Shown here: positions 49,599-62,049 of the stretch, in pieces
Position numbering within the stretch: position 1 is the stretch's first letter
Layout of the letters: each line of letters opens with the position of its first letter
Assembly (NCBI RefSeq): GCF_004010195.1
Contig: NC_057719.1
Location: 63,427,378-63,491,377, forward strand
DNA from: Chiloscyllium plagiosum
Taxonomy: Eukaryota
DNA: 64,000 nt
Direction: 5' to 3'
The notes under the pieces: model-generated
What the model was told of the DNA's origin: nothing
Databases searched by the model: none
What the model saw: only the letters and a program-made list of their open reading frames with translations
Program-made: the position numbers and the translations under genes

Positions 49599-52129
49599 TT
49601 GGCCCTAATCTTAGTCTAGTCATTCTTTTATTCCTGATATATCTATAGAATGCCTTAGGGTTTTCCTTGATCCTATCCACCAACAAGTTCTCATGTCCCC
49701 TCCTGGCTCCTCTTAATTCTTTCTTCAGATCTTTGCTGGCTAACCTGTAACTCTCAAGTGCCCTAACTAAACCTTCACATCTCATCCTAACATCAGCCAC
49801 CTTCTTCCTCTTGACAAGAGATTCAATTTACTTAGTAAACCATGACTCCCATGCTTGACAGCTTTCTCCATGCCTGACAGGTACGTACCTTTGAAGGACA
49901 CATAGTAGCTGTTCCTTGAATAAGCTACACATTTCAATTGTGCCCATCCACTGCAGTTTTCTTCCCCATCTTATGCTTCCTAAATCTTGCCTAATCGCAC
50001 CATAATTGCCTTTCCCCACCTATAACTCTTGCCCTGCAATATATATCTATCCTTTTCCATTGCCAAACATAACCAAATTGTGGTACCTATCACCAAAATG
50101 CTCACCTACCTCCAAATCTAATACCTGGCCGGGTTCTTTACCCAGTAAAAAACCTATTGTGGCCTCACGCCATGTTGGCCTGTCTACATACTGTGTCAGG
50201 AAACCCTCCTGCGTACATTGGACAAAAACTGACCCATCTAAAGTACTTGAACTGTAGTATTTCCAGTCAATATTTGGGAAGTTGAAGTCCCCCACAACAA
50301 CCACCCTGTCACACTCAGTCCTATGGAGAATCATCTTTGCTATCCTTTCCTCTATACCTCTGGAACTATGCAGAGGCCTATAGAAAACTCCCAAAAGGGT
50401 GACCTCTCCTTTCCTGTTTCTACTCTCGGCCCATACTACTTCAGTCGACAAGTCCTCAAATGCCCTTTCTGCAACCATAATAGTGTCCTTGACTAACAAT
50501 GCCACACCCCACCCCTCTTGTACCATCTTCTCTGTTCTTACTGAAACATCTAAATCCCAGAACCTGCAATAACCATTCCTGTCCCTGCTCTATCTGTCTC
50601 CCCGCAATGGCCACAACATCGAAATCCCAGATACCAACCGATGTTGCAAGTTCACCCACCTTATTCCAGATACTCCTAGCATTGAAGTCGACATACTTCA
50701 AACCAACTTCTTGCTCACTGGTGCCCTCTTGTGACCTTGAAACCTTATTTTGGACCTCACCACTCCCAACCTTCTGTATACTCGAACTACAACTTCCCAT
50801 CCCCCTGCTGAATTAGTTTAAACCCACCCGGAGAGCATTAGCAAATTCCTCCTCTTCCCCCCCCCCGCCCCCACCCAGGATATTGGCACCCCCTGGTTCA
50901 GGTGAAGACCAACCTGTTTGTAGAGGACCCCCTACCCCAGAAAGACCCCAATTATCCAGGAATCCAAGACCCTCCCTCCTGCACCATCCCTGTAGACATG
51001 TGTTCAACTCCTCTCTCTCCCTATTCCTTACCTTGCTAGCACCAGAGATAACAACTCTGTTTGTCCTAGCTCTAAGCTTCCGCCCTAGCTCCTTGAATTT
51101 CTGCCTTAAATCCCCAACTCTCTTCCTACCTATGTGGACCACAACTTGGGGCTACTTCCCTTCCTCCTCAAGGATCCCAAACATACAATCAGAGACTTCA
51201 CGAGCCCCGTCACTTGGGAGGCAACACACCAACCGTGAGTCTCTCTCGTTCCCACAGAACCTCCTATTTGTCCTCCTCACAATGGAGTCCCCAGTGACAT
51301 GTTCTGCTCTTCCTCCCACTTCCCTTCTGGTCAACAGGGACAGACTCTGTCCCAGAGACCTGTGCCCCATGGCTTATTCCTAGTGAGTCATCTCTTCAAC
51401 AGTATCCAAAACGATATACTTCTTGTTGAGGGAACGGTCACTTCCTGCCAGTTACCTTTCCGTCCCCTGACAGTAATCCATCTACTTTCTTCTTGTACCT
51501 GAAGTGTAACTACCTCCCTATAACTCCTCCCAATAACCCCCTCCACCTCCCGAATGATCCGAAGTTCATCCAGCTTCAGGGTCCCTAATGCATTTTTCGC
51601 AGAGCTGAAGTTGGATGCTCTTCCACAGCTGCAGTCATCAGGGACACTAGTGGTGACCCTTATCTCCGACATTCTGCAGGAGGAACATTCAACCTCTCTA
51701 ACCGCCATTCCCACTATTCTAAATTTCCAACGAGACTACTGAACATTAACAAAAAAACTAGTCCACTTATCAATCTGGTGCACAGACTGTTTTTCGGTCA
51801 GAGGAGAGGGACAGGTGGGAGATGCTATCTGGGTAGTGTTTCAGCTAAAGCAGCTGCCCAAATATAAAGCCTCACGTACCCAGCAATCCCATGTCCACTC
51901 CTGTTCAGCATGCGCTCTGCCTATACAGGAGCTAAGTTTATATACTTTAAATTTACCTTCCCGTCGGGCCTTTGGTCCTTGCTGTCACTCCCCCCACTTC
52001 AAATGCTGCCGAACAAGTGAAGTGAGAAAAATAACGTGAGAATATAATACACTATTTGTCTTGTAAATTGTGCAGATACCTTTAAACTGAATCTGTTCTT
52101 GAGGTTGTTAATTTTTTTGTACTTAATCT

Positions 52130-52394
52130 GGGCGGCATGGTGGTGCAGTGGTTAGCACTGCTGCCTCATAACACCAGAGACCCAGGTTCAATTTCCGCCT
52201 CAGGTGACTGACTGTGTGGAGTCTGCACGTTCTCCACGTGTCTGCGTGAGTTTCCTCCGGGTGCTCCGGTTTTCTCCCTAACCTCCAAAAATGCGCAGGT
52301 TAGGTGAAATTGCCATGCTCGTGTTAGGTGAAGGGTAAATGTAGGAGAGTGGACTTGTTGGGCCGAAGGGCCTGTTTCTATACTGTAAGTAATC
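52130..52394 (+). mobile_element. HE1-type SINE with internal deletions
   Basis: Same head, body and tail as the 3811 copy. Confidence 0.9.
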
Positions 52395-52400
52395 CAGCTC

Positions 52401-52490
52401 TATTTTTCTAATCGAGCAGTTCAGAGATGCTGTTACGTTCCTGTGGAGCAGGTGGGCTTGAACCCAGGCCTTGTGGTTCAGTGTTAGGAA
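52401..52490 (-). mobile_element. Short tRNA-derived SINE (same family as 11609), partial
   Basis: tatttttctaatc..gttcagagatg..ggagcaggtgggcttgaacccaggcc. Confidence 0.65.
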
Positions 52491-52740
52491 ATCAAATTGC
52501 ACCTCCACCTGCTTCATGTAGGTTTGAAATATTCCAGAGACTGCTAATAATCAAAGGTAAGAGTTGTTTGAACAAAATGGAGCAGTAAATTCGAATAGTG
52601 TTAGGTCCTCAAGATCAAGATTTGATCTTTGTCTAACAGCTTAAAAGTGTGCTGAGATGTTTGTTGCAAATCCAAATTATGGCATTAAAGAAGGGCAAAT
52701 AGAACATTTTGTTTATTCTTGCATTGTCAGGAACATGATT

Positions 52741-54830
52741 TAGAGTCATAGAGATGTACAGCATGGAAACAGAACCTTTGATCCAACCCATCCATGCTGA
52801 CCAGATATCCCAACCCAATCTAGTCCCACCTGCCAGCACCCGCCCCATATCCCTCCAAACTCTTCCTATTCATATACCCATCCAGATGCCTCTTAAGTGT
52901 TGCAGTTGTACCAGCCTCTGCCACTTCCTCAGGCAGCTCATTCCATACACGTATCACCCTCTGTGTGAAACAATTGCCCCTTAGATCTCTCTTATATCTT
53001 TCCCCTCTCACCCTAAACCTATGCCCTCTTGTTCTGGACTCCCTGACCTCAGGGAAAAGACTTTGCCTATTTACCCTATCCATGCCCCTCATAATTTTGC
53101 AAACCTCTATAAAGTCACCCCTCAGCCTCCGACGCTCCAGGGAAAACAGCCCCAACCTGTTCAGCCTCTCCCTATAGCTCAAATCGTCCAACCCTGGCAA
53201 CATCCTTGGAAACCTTTTCTGAACCCTTTCAAGTTTCACAACATCTTTCCGATAGGAAGGAGACCAGAATTGCATGCAATATTCCAACAGTGGCCTAACC
53301 AATGTCCTGTACAGCCCCAACATGACCTCCCAATTCCTGTACTCAATACTCTGACCAACAAAGGAAAGCATACCAAATGCCTTCTTCACTATCCTATCTA
53401 CCTGCNNNNNNNNNNNNNNNNNNNNNNNNGTTCGGCACAACATTGTGGGCCGAAGGGCCTGTTCTGTGCTGTATTGTTCTATGTTCTATGTTCTAAAACT
53501 CTGGTGCGGCCGCACTTTGGAGTATTGCGTGCAGTTCTGGTCACCGCATTACAGGAAGGATGTGGAAGCTTTGGAGAGGGTGCAGAGAAGATTTTCCAGG
53601 ATGTTGCCTGGAATGGAGAGGAAGTCGTACGAGGATAGGTTGAGAGTTCTCGGCCTTTTCTCGTTGGAACGGCGAAGGATGAGGGGTGACTTGATAGGGG
53701 TTTATAAGATGATCAGAGGAATAGATAGAGTAGACAGTCAGAAACTTTTTCCCCGGGTACAACAGAGTGTTACAAGGGGACATAAATTTAAGGTGAAGGG
53801 TGGAAGGTATAGGGGAGATGTCAGGGGTGGGTTCTTTACCCAGAGAGTGGTGGGGGCATGGAATGCACTGCCCGTGGGAGTGGTAGAGTCGGAATCATTG
53901 GCGACCTTTAAGCGGCATTTGGATAGGTACATGGATGGGTACTTAATCTAGGTTAGAAGTTCGGCACAACATCGTGGGCCGAAGGGCCTGTTCTGTGCTG
54001 TATTGTTCTATGTTCTATGTTCTATGTTCTACTTTCAAGGAGCTATGAACCTGTACTCCAAGGTCTCTTTGTTAGCAACACTCCCTAGGACCTTACCATT
54101 ATTAAGTCCTGCTAAGATTTGCTTTCCCAAAATGCAGCACCTTGCTTTTATCTAAATTAAACTCCATCTGCCACTTCTCAGCCCATTGGCCCATCTGGTC
54201 CAGATCCTGTTGTAATCTGAGGTAACCCTCTTCGCTGTCCACTACACCTCCAATTTTGGTGTCATCTACAAACTTACTAACTGTACCTCTTATGTTCGCA
54301 TCCAAATCATTTATGTAAATGATAAAAAGTAGAGGACCCAGCACTGATCCTTGTGGCACTCCACTGGTCACAGGCCTCACAGTCTGAAAAACAACCCTCC
54401 ACCACCTCCCTCTATCTTCTACCTTTGAGCCAGTTCTGTATCCAAATGGCTACTTCTCCCTGTATTCTGTGACATCTAACCTTGCTAATCAGTCTCCCAT
54501 GGGGAACCTTGTCGAACGTCTTACTGAAGTCCATATAGATCACATCTACAGCTCTGCCCTCATCAATCCTCTTTGTTACTTCCTCAAAAAACTCAATCAT
54601 GTTTGTGAGACATGATTTCCCACACACAAAGCCATGTTGATTATCCCTAATCAGTCCTTGCCTTTCCAAATGCATGTACATCCTGTCCCTCAGGATTCTC
54701 TCCCAACAACTTGCCCACCACTGACGTCAGGCTCACTGGTCTATAGTTCCCTGGCTTGTCCTTACCGTGGCATCATGTTAGCCAACCTCCAGTCTTCCGG
54801 CACCTCACCTGTGACTATTGATGATACAAA
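52741..54830 (-). mobile_element. Young CR1 (RT through 3' end), split by a + strand CR1
   Basis: ORFs 52820..53443, 54102..54380 and 54412..54681; (tagagtca) tail. Confidence 0.95.
53430..54031 (+). mobile_element. Young CR1 3' end with a duplicated tail
   Basis: Open ORF '[26 protein letters not shown]..'; (tgttcta)n tails at ~53475-53494 and ~54004-54031. Confidence 0.93.
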
Positions 54831-56415
54831 TGGAACTTTAAAATGCATAAGTACCAAAGTTGGTATCCAAGTTTAATCAACTTTGTCAAAGTGGCATTTT
54901 CTATTCTCATTGCCATGAAATATTATACCAGCACAACTTAATGATAATGTTTGACAAGTACAATTAGCCTGTGTGTTGTACTTGTCATACCTTGTAAGTC
55001 ACAATATATGCGCACTGCACCCCATCCAAACTATTTGATCACCTGGCTCTGCGCATGGAATGGAGTCGATTTACTGGATATTTGTGGTAAATTTGAATTA
55101 AACGTGCCACATGTTATGTATTGTCCATAGACAACCTTCTTGGAAGTGCAAGATCAAGTGCCAAGCACAAAGGCCCTCTTTGGTCTGATTTGAAGGATCA
55201 CTGATGCATTGGCTACTTACATGTGATGAGGTTCGTATCACCCAACTTGGGATAAATTCTATACTTTAGCTCAGTAAAGTTCTTAGTCTTTACTTGCTCA
55301 TAGCTGAACAGTGTTTGTTTGAAGTTAGTCACCAAGAAATTATTTTCTTCAGGTTAAATTTTTTATTTCTTCTATGGAGGAACATTTTCTTTAGCATGTG
55401 CTATGATGTAACTAAAACTGCTTGCTGTGTTTCTGCCAAGTAGTGTTTATATAATTCTAGTGTCAGATCCCAGTATGACTCTGGAGCATAGCCATATAAG
55501 AATCCCTCAGGCAGATTATGTCAAACCATTTGGGATTGACACAGCATGGAGTGTAACAACAGTGCTGGATTAAATCGAGTGAACAAGTGATCAAGGGTTC
55601 CTTGTTTCTTATGGACACTTGACAAACCTAAGCACATTTTAAAGAATGTTTGTTATTGAGGATGTTCATGCCTACATTCTCAAACATTCAGCAGTTACCT
55701 TTCATACAGCACAGCTTGTCCATGAGTTTGTGGTTTCATTCATGCAATACATGGCTTGAATCAAGTTATGTATACCCAATTGCAACAGAACTGAAGTACG
55801 ACCACCATGAGACTTATTGTACTAAGACAAACCTCTCAGTAAATTTTGTTTTCTGTTTACCTGCATTTCCTTTCGGCATTTGTTTTTGATAGAATGCTAC
55901 TTGAGATTTTTAATTTGCATACCATGAAAGTCAACTTTAAGTTTGTCACTTTATTAACTTTTCCATTAAATCTCTGCATCATGCTTAGTTTAGTCCTAAT
56001 TAGGAAGAAGAATTTGAATTCCGGTCTTCTGTGTTTCTTATGAAAATTCATGGAATCATATAGTATTAAGAGAGGTCACTCTACCCTTGTTTTGAGAGCT
56101 ACTTCTTTGAAGGAACAGTCTAGTTCGTGCCCCTTCACTGCTCTTGCCATATAGTCTGGCCAATATCTTTTTTTTTGATTTTCAACCTTGTGCTGAACAA
56201 TGTGCTGTTGCTCAGAATGATGTTAAGACATGTTGTCCTGTCGTGAGCTAACATTCTGTAATCCAAATTTAAATATCACATTACTTGCTGCTTAAGTAGA
56301 CTTGTGAATACAGGATAGGTACACTGATAAGATTTCTTCTCAACTGAAATTTTAAAGGTGACTATTTATGATGATTGCATATTTGCCATATTGACTTTCC
56401 CTTTTTCCACATTAG

Positions 56416-56620
56416 TTAAAAATCACACACCACCAGGTTATAGTCCAACAGGTTTATTTAGAAGCACTAACTTTGGAGTGCTGCTCCTTTATCAACCACC
56501 TGATGAAGGAGCAGCGCTCCAAAAGCTAGTGCTTCCAAATAAACCTGTTTGTCTATAACCTGGTGTTGTGTGATTTTTAACTTGGTATACCCAGTCCAAA
56601 ACTGGCACTTCCAAATCATG
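56416..56620. mobile_element. Fold-back PLE family A mini-element
   Basis: ~80-bp inverted arms meeting at the hammerhead core; tccacattagtt at 56406-56417 and 56621-56632. Confidence 0.9.
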
Positions 56621-57204
56621 TCCACATTAGTTCTTACTAAATACAAGCACAGAGTCAGCTATTCAAAAGCAGTAGTTTTTTTTTGATCTTTTTACGCTTC
56701 CAATATTTTACACTTGCATTAATTCAATTGTCTAAAGATTGACATACATGTTGTCATAACTGTATGATCTTCATGCATTCACTTTTTTCAGGGAAGTGAT
56801 TCTGTTAATATTTGCAATGGTGTACAGACACAATGCTCATAAACTGAAACGATCAACTCTAAATCTGATGCTTTTTGCACTTGTTAATTCTGCGTTTGGA
56901 AATCTGCCAGTTGTTATAAAACAAACTGTTTTGGTTTGTGGTTTATGACATTTCCTCATTATATCAAATGGAATTAAAGCTGTTAGTATGCTCACCCAGT
57001 CTACCCAATGATGTTTATCCAGTCTCTTCTTAACTCATTAACCTGGAAATAACTTCTTAGAAAATACCTTGCACTCTGTAATAGGTTGTTGAATATCAGA
57101 ATGTGAAAGCTTGTCCAGAAACCAAAGGTAAACTTGTTGGCTAATGCTTTTGTATATTTTGTTAATTGTTGGAAATAAATCTTCTGTATCTAAAATCATA
57201 GAAC

Positions 57205-58935
57205 ATGGTACTGGGATATCATAGCTATTATCTCTGAAGGAGAGACAGGACTCAATGTCCTGGGATACAGATGCCATAAGAAGAATAGTAGGGGAGGCAA
57301 GAGAATAGGAGGTGTGGTGTTTTTGATGAGGAAAACTTCACACAATTATTTAGAATAACCCCAGAAGATATATGGGTGGAACTGAGAAACAAGAAATGGG
57401 TGATAACTTTGGTGGGATTGTACTATAAGGCCCCCACAATAGTCTTCAGGAAATTAACGAGCAAGTATGTAGGGAGATCACAGATAGCTGTAAGAATAAT
57501 AGGATTGTAATATTAATAATTTCCAAACACTGACTTGAACCGCCATAGTGTTAAGGGCTTGGGTGGAGAGGAATTTAAGTGTGTTCAAGAGAATTTTTTT
57601 AATCAATGTATAGATGGACGTGCTAGAGAAGGAGCAAAGCTGAATCCTGTCTTGAGAAATAAGGTCACGCTGGTGTTACTGGGGAGCACTTTGGGACCAG
57701 CGACCATAATTCTGATTGTTTTGAAATAGTTGTGGATAAACCCCCAGGACCGGTTCAGTGTATCCTAGGACATTATGGGAAGCTAGGGATGAAATTGTGG
57801 TGCTCTTAGCAGAGATAATTGTGTCATCGATAGCCAAGAGTGGGGTGCCACAGGACTGGAGAGTGTTTGATGTTGTGCCATTGTCTAAGAAAGGCTGCAA
57901 GGAAAAGCCATGGAACTGCAGACCGATGAGCCTGATGTCAGTGGGAGCTAAGTTGTTGGAAGGTGATTCTGAGAGACAGGATTTACATTCATTTGGAAAG
58001 GCAGGGACTGATTAGAGATGATCAGCTTAGTGTGTGGGAAATAGTGTCTGACAAACTTGATTGAGTTTTTTGAATAGGTGATGGAGAAGATTGATAGAGT
58101 TGGAAACAGAACCTTCAGTCCAATCCATCCATGTTGACCAAGTTTCCCCAACTAAATAGCCCCCATCTGCTGGCATTTGGCCTTTATCCTTCTAAACCGT
58201 TCCTATTCACTTAACTGTCCAAATATATTTTAAATGTTGTAGCTAGACCTATATCTACTATTTCCTCTGGCAGTTCATTCCACATATGAGCCATCCTCTG
58301 TGTGAAATAGTTGCCCCTCAGGTACCTTCTATATCTTTCTCCTCTCACCTTAAAACTATGCCCTCTGGTTTTAACCTTCTCAAGCCTAGGGAAAAGATCT
58401 TTGCTATTCATCTTATCTATGCCCCTCATGATTTCATAAACCTCTTCAGCCTCCTATAGTGCAATGAAAAGGTCCCAGCTTATTCAGCCTCTCCTTCTAA
58501 CTCAAACCCTCCACCAGCCACTCCTTGACCCATTTGCTCAATTGATAAATCCCTTTGTAATCTTATGTAATTTTCCTTACTGTGTAGGATACCACTAATA
58601 TTGGTGTCAGGTTGAAAGCAGATCAGAATACGTCGCAAGGCTTTCGATAAGGTTCCATATGGTGGGCTGTCGTCAATTTTGATCACATGGGATCCAGAGA
58701 GAGCTAGCCAGTTGGATATAAGATTGGCTTGATGGTGGGAGACAGAATGGTGATAGAGGGATGTTGTTCCGACTGGAGGCCTGTCACCAGCAGTGTGCTG
58801 CTGGGTGCACTGTTGTTTGCCATTTATGTAAATTGTTTTAATGAGACTATAGGAGGCATGGTTAGTAAGTTTGTGGATGGCTCCAAAATTGGTGGTATAG
58901 TTGGCGGTGAAGCAGGTTATCTCAGAGTACAACAT
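57205..58935 (+). mobile_element. Degenerate, internally deleted CR1 ORF2
   Basis: 'YPRTLWEARDEI..VPQDWR..NCRPMSLMSV'; 'WRPVTSSVL..VSKFVDGSKIGG'. Confidence 0.85.
58097..58610 (-). mobile_element. CR1 3' fragment nested antisense
   Basis: ORF 58211..58429 'MRGIDK..KTRGHSFKVRGERY..WNELP'. Confidence 0.88.
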
Positions 58936-61029
58936 TCCTTAACCTTTGACTTTTTTCTCTGTTGCTTCTCCACATCAAAAGTAGGCTTGTTATTTTATTC
59001 AAGGGCATTACTCTCCCATTACTGATTCTTTCAGCTGTAGCTGTGGAATTGTAAAACAATTTAATTTTTTAAAAAGCTGCACAGGCTTTCTGTTTTTTAT
59101 GCTGTTGATTAAGCATTAAATTACTGTTTTAAAATGCATATCTGCCCCAGTGGAAACGATTGTGCTGTATTTTTACAGTACTTTAGAGCTGTAATTCTTC
59201 ATAACAACAAAATTTGGGTTTCCAAAAGGTAAGCGGACAAACGTCTTCATTGTCTGCACCATTTTCAAATATAACGTTGTACCAGTGGTGGAGAATTTGC
59301 TGCAGTATTGTGCAGTCTAAAATTCTGTGCTAACAGCAATCGAGCTGAACAAGTTCAGTGATGGACTGTGAATTATAAGTGCATTTCATCGAGGCAAATG
59401 CTGCTTGGAGGACATCTTGAAAGGAGAAAATAAAACATTTGGCTAATTGGTTATGTGTATTCATCTGGCAGTGTATGAATTATTCATAGATTACAGACAT
59501 CAGAGAGCAGGCATGTGAGGAGGGGTGTTACATGATGCGTCATTGTATTTTAATAAATCTTGTCTTGCTCCAGGGACAGTTGATGGTTGCAGTGCTGAGA
59601 GCGAGCCCTTTTGTAATGCTGTATCAAGGACTCTGCTGCCAGAACAGATCCTGATCAAGTCAGTAGATAGCTAAGAGGATTGTCTCAAATCCTGGGAGAG
59701 AAGATAACATTAAATCAAATAAATGTGTGGTGTTGCATTTTAATGTTCATCAGAAAGCACTGCCTTCATTAAGTATGCCAATGTCTTACAGTATGTATCA
59801 TCTATGTCCTACTAGAAATATGCAACTAAATTGCAAATGAAGTAATCTGTTTGAGAGTGTTGTGATAGCTTTTACTGTAAAGCTGAAATTTGAGCTGCTT
59901 GTGATTGTTGGTTGCACTGATAGGTACGATTGCAGCCTTGAAATCTTTTCCTCTGATCAGTTTTACAATCTGAAAGGTTTGAGTTTAACAAGAGAGCTAT
60001 TGAGCTGGCAGTGGCTATTATTACAGATATTGATTATTGCTTCATGATCTTGATGGCATTCACACATTGCTGTCAACACTGTTGCAGTTGTTATCCAGAA
60101 ATAATTAAATGATATATGTGGCTATCTTGAGGTGGTTGATGTGTTAATTACATCATGGTACTAAAATGAACTTTGGAACCAGCAATTAGGTCCACCTACT
60201 GATCATTTGTTACTTATGAAGAACTATTATTTGCTTGCATTATTATACAACTTTGTATCACTAAGTTAACTACATAGATCACGTCTTAAATCATCATTTT
60301 GAACTTATTGTGCTGGTAAGGCATATGACCTCACATTTAGAAAACAAATTATGATCTGATATTTTCAGTGTTATTCTAGAATTTAGAATGAAAGTACTTT
60401 GCAGTCATGATGTGCCAACTGCGACATTTTAAAAACTGAATTTCAAACAAAATTTGAAAATATAATCGGAGTGAAGTTGAGGAATTGACAATTTGTTTTC
60501 ATGAAGTGTATGTGTGTAATTAAACTGGTTTCACATGTCACCTTGCAAGATTTTAATTTATGCTGCACTGTCTTAAGCGAATGCTGCTAAACATGCAATC
60601 AGACCTGGACGATGACGGAAGGCATACGAGGTGCATTTCAATACAAGCACATTTGGGAAATTTTTCAATCATTCTAGAAACTAAGTCCCATGAATTTGGA
60701 TTCACATTGTGTATCGTGTAACACCAGCTTAAATATAATATATACTGTAATATCTGATATTATTCTATTTGCAACAGGTGTGATCTCTCTTTCTTCTCTC
60801 CTTTCTTAATTTTCCCTTCTTCATAAATTTGTTTTTGTTGTGAGCCTATTCAACTCAAAGAAAGATTTTTGTTGCAATGAAGTTAAGACACACAATCCAA
60901 CAGGTTGATGACTAGAGATTGCTTGTTGACATATGAATTCCGAAAGGTAACATGTTAGTAGCATTTGAATGTGCAAATTTTAAGCAAATTCTTTGTCAAC
61001 ACTTCACATTCACTTAATTCATGGAAAAA

Positions 61030-61275
61030 TATAAAAGGGACCTAAGGGGCAACTTTTTCACGCAGAGGGTGGTGGTTGTGTGGACTGAGCTGCCAGAGGA
61101 AGTGGTGGATACAATTACATGCAAAAAGCACATGGAAGGGTATATGCCTAGGGAGGGTTTAGAGGAATATGGGCCAAATGCTGCCAAATGATTACATTAA
61201 TTTAGGATATCTGGTCAGCATGGATGTGTTGGGCCAAAGAGTCTGTTTCCATGCTGTACAACTTTATGACTTTAT
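61030..61275 (+). mobile_element. CR1 3' end
   Basis: gggacctaaggggcaactttttcacgcagagggtggt..ctgtttccatgctgtaca. Confidence 0.88.
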
Positions 61276-61442
61276 TTGTCATCTTAATAAGACTGCAATA
61301 GACTAGGTACAGTATGCGTACTTATCACTGATGATAAATGTCATTGCGCACATCTTGAAAGGTCCAACCATATTGTCTTTGTCAGCACTGAAATAAGTTG
61401 TTTTGCTGAAAAAGTACTAAAATTAAATCTGGAAAGTTGATA

Positions 61443-62049
61443 GCGAATTTTGAGAAAATTTGTAGCTCAGGTTGATGTTCTGGATGTAGGTTTGCTCATT
61501 GAGCTGGAAGGTTTGTTTTCAGATGTGTTGTCACCATACAAGGTAACATCATCAGTGAGCCTATACAGACATCAAGCAAAACTAATGTCATTTACAAAAT
61601 ACCTTGCAAGAACCATAACAAACATTACATTGGTCAAACAGGCAGAAAACTAGCCACCAGGATACATGAACACCAACTAGCCACAAAAAAGACATGACCC
61701 AGTCTCACTAATTTCCTTACATACAGATGAGGAAGGACACTACTTTGAATGGGACGGCACATGCATCCTAGGACAAGCCAAATAGAGAGAAATACGAGAA
61801 TTCCTAGAAGAATGGCATTCCACCCAGAGTTCCAGCAACAAACACATTGACTCGGATCCCATTTACCAACCCCTGAGAAAAACAACAGGAGACATCACCA
61901 CAGGAAATGACAACCCAAGGAACCCTAAACGCATAAATAGAAAGCGGACCGTGCCACCAGTGCATCATCCGGAGGCTCACCGATGATGTTACCTAGTATG
62001 GTGATGAAATGTCTGAAAATGAATATACCAGCTCAGCGAGCAAACCCAC
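61443..62049 (+). mobile_element. PLE family C (Penelope/Poseidon-like): inverted terminal repeat, GIY-YIG remnant, terminal repeat
   Basis: 'TNVIYKIPCKNHNKHYIGQTGRKLATRIHEH..REFLEEWHS'; hammerhead motifs at 61519-61558 (-) and 61977-62016 (+); 16-bp direct repeat atctggaaagttgata at 61427 and 62050. Confidence 0.92.

Larger units (their letters stand above)
45773..52040 (-). mobile_element. Near full-length CR1 (5' UTR, ORF1 with CxxC and esterase, ORF2), split by a younger CR1 and a PLE fold-back
   Basis: ORF1 'MAVREVECSSCRM', 'GDSIVRRT..LVCCLP'; APE 'FNARSI', 'GDFNFPNIDW'; RT 'NYRPVNLTS..SQHGF'; (tagaaca)n tail at 45773. Confidence 0.95.

Noticed and set aside
57038..57277. 79-aa minus-strand ORF
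   Set aside because: Starts inside an antisense CR1 fragment and shows no recognisable motif
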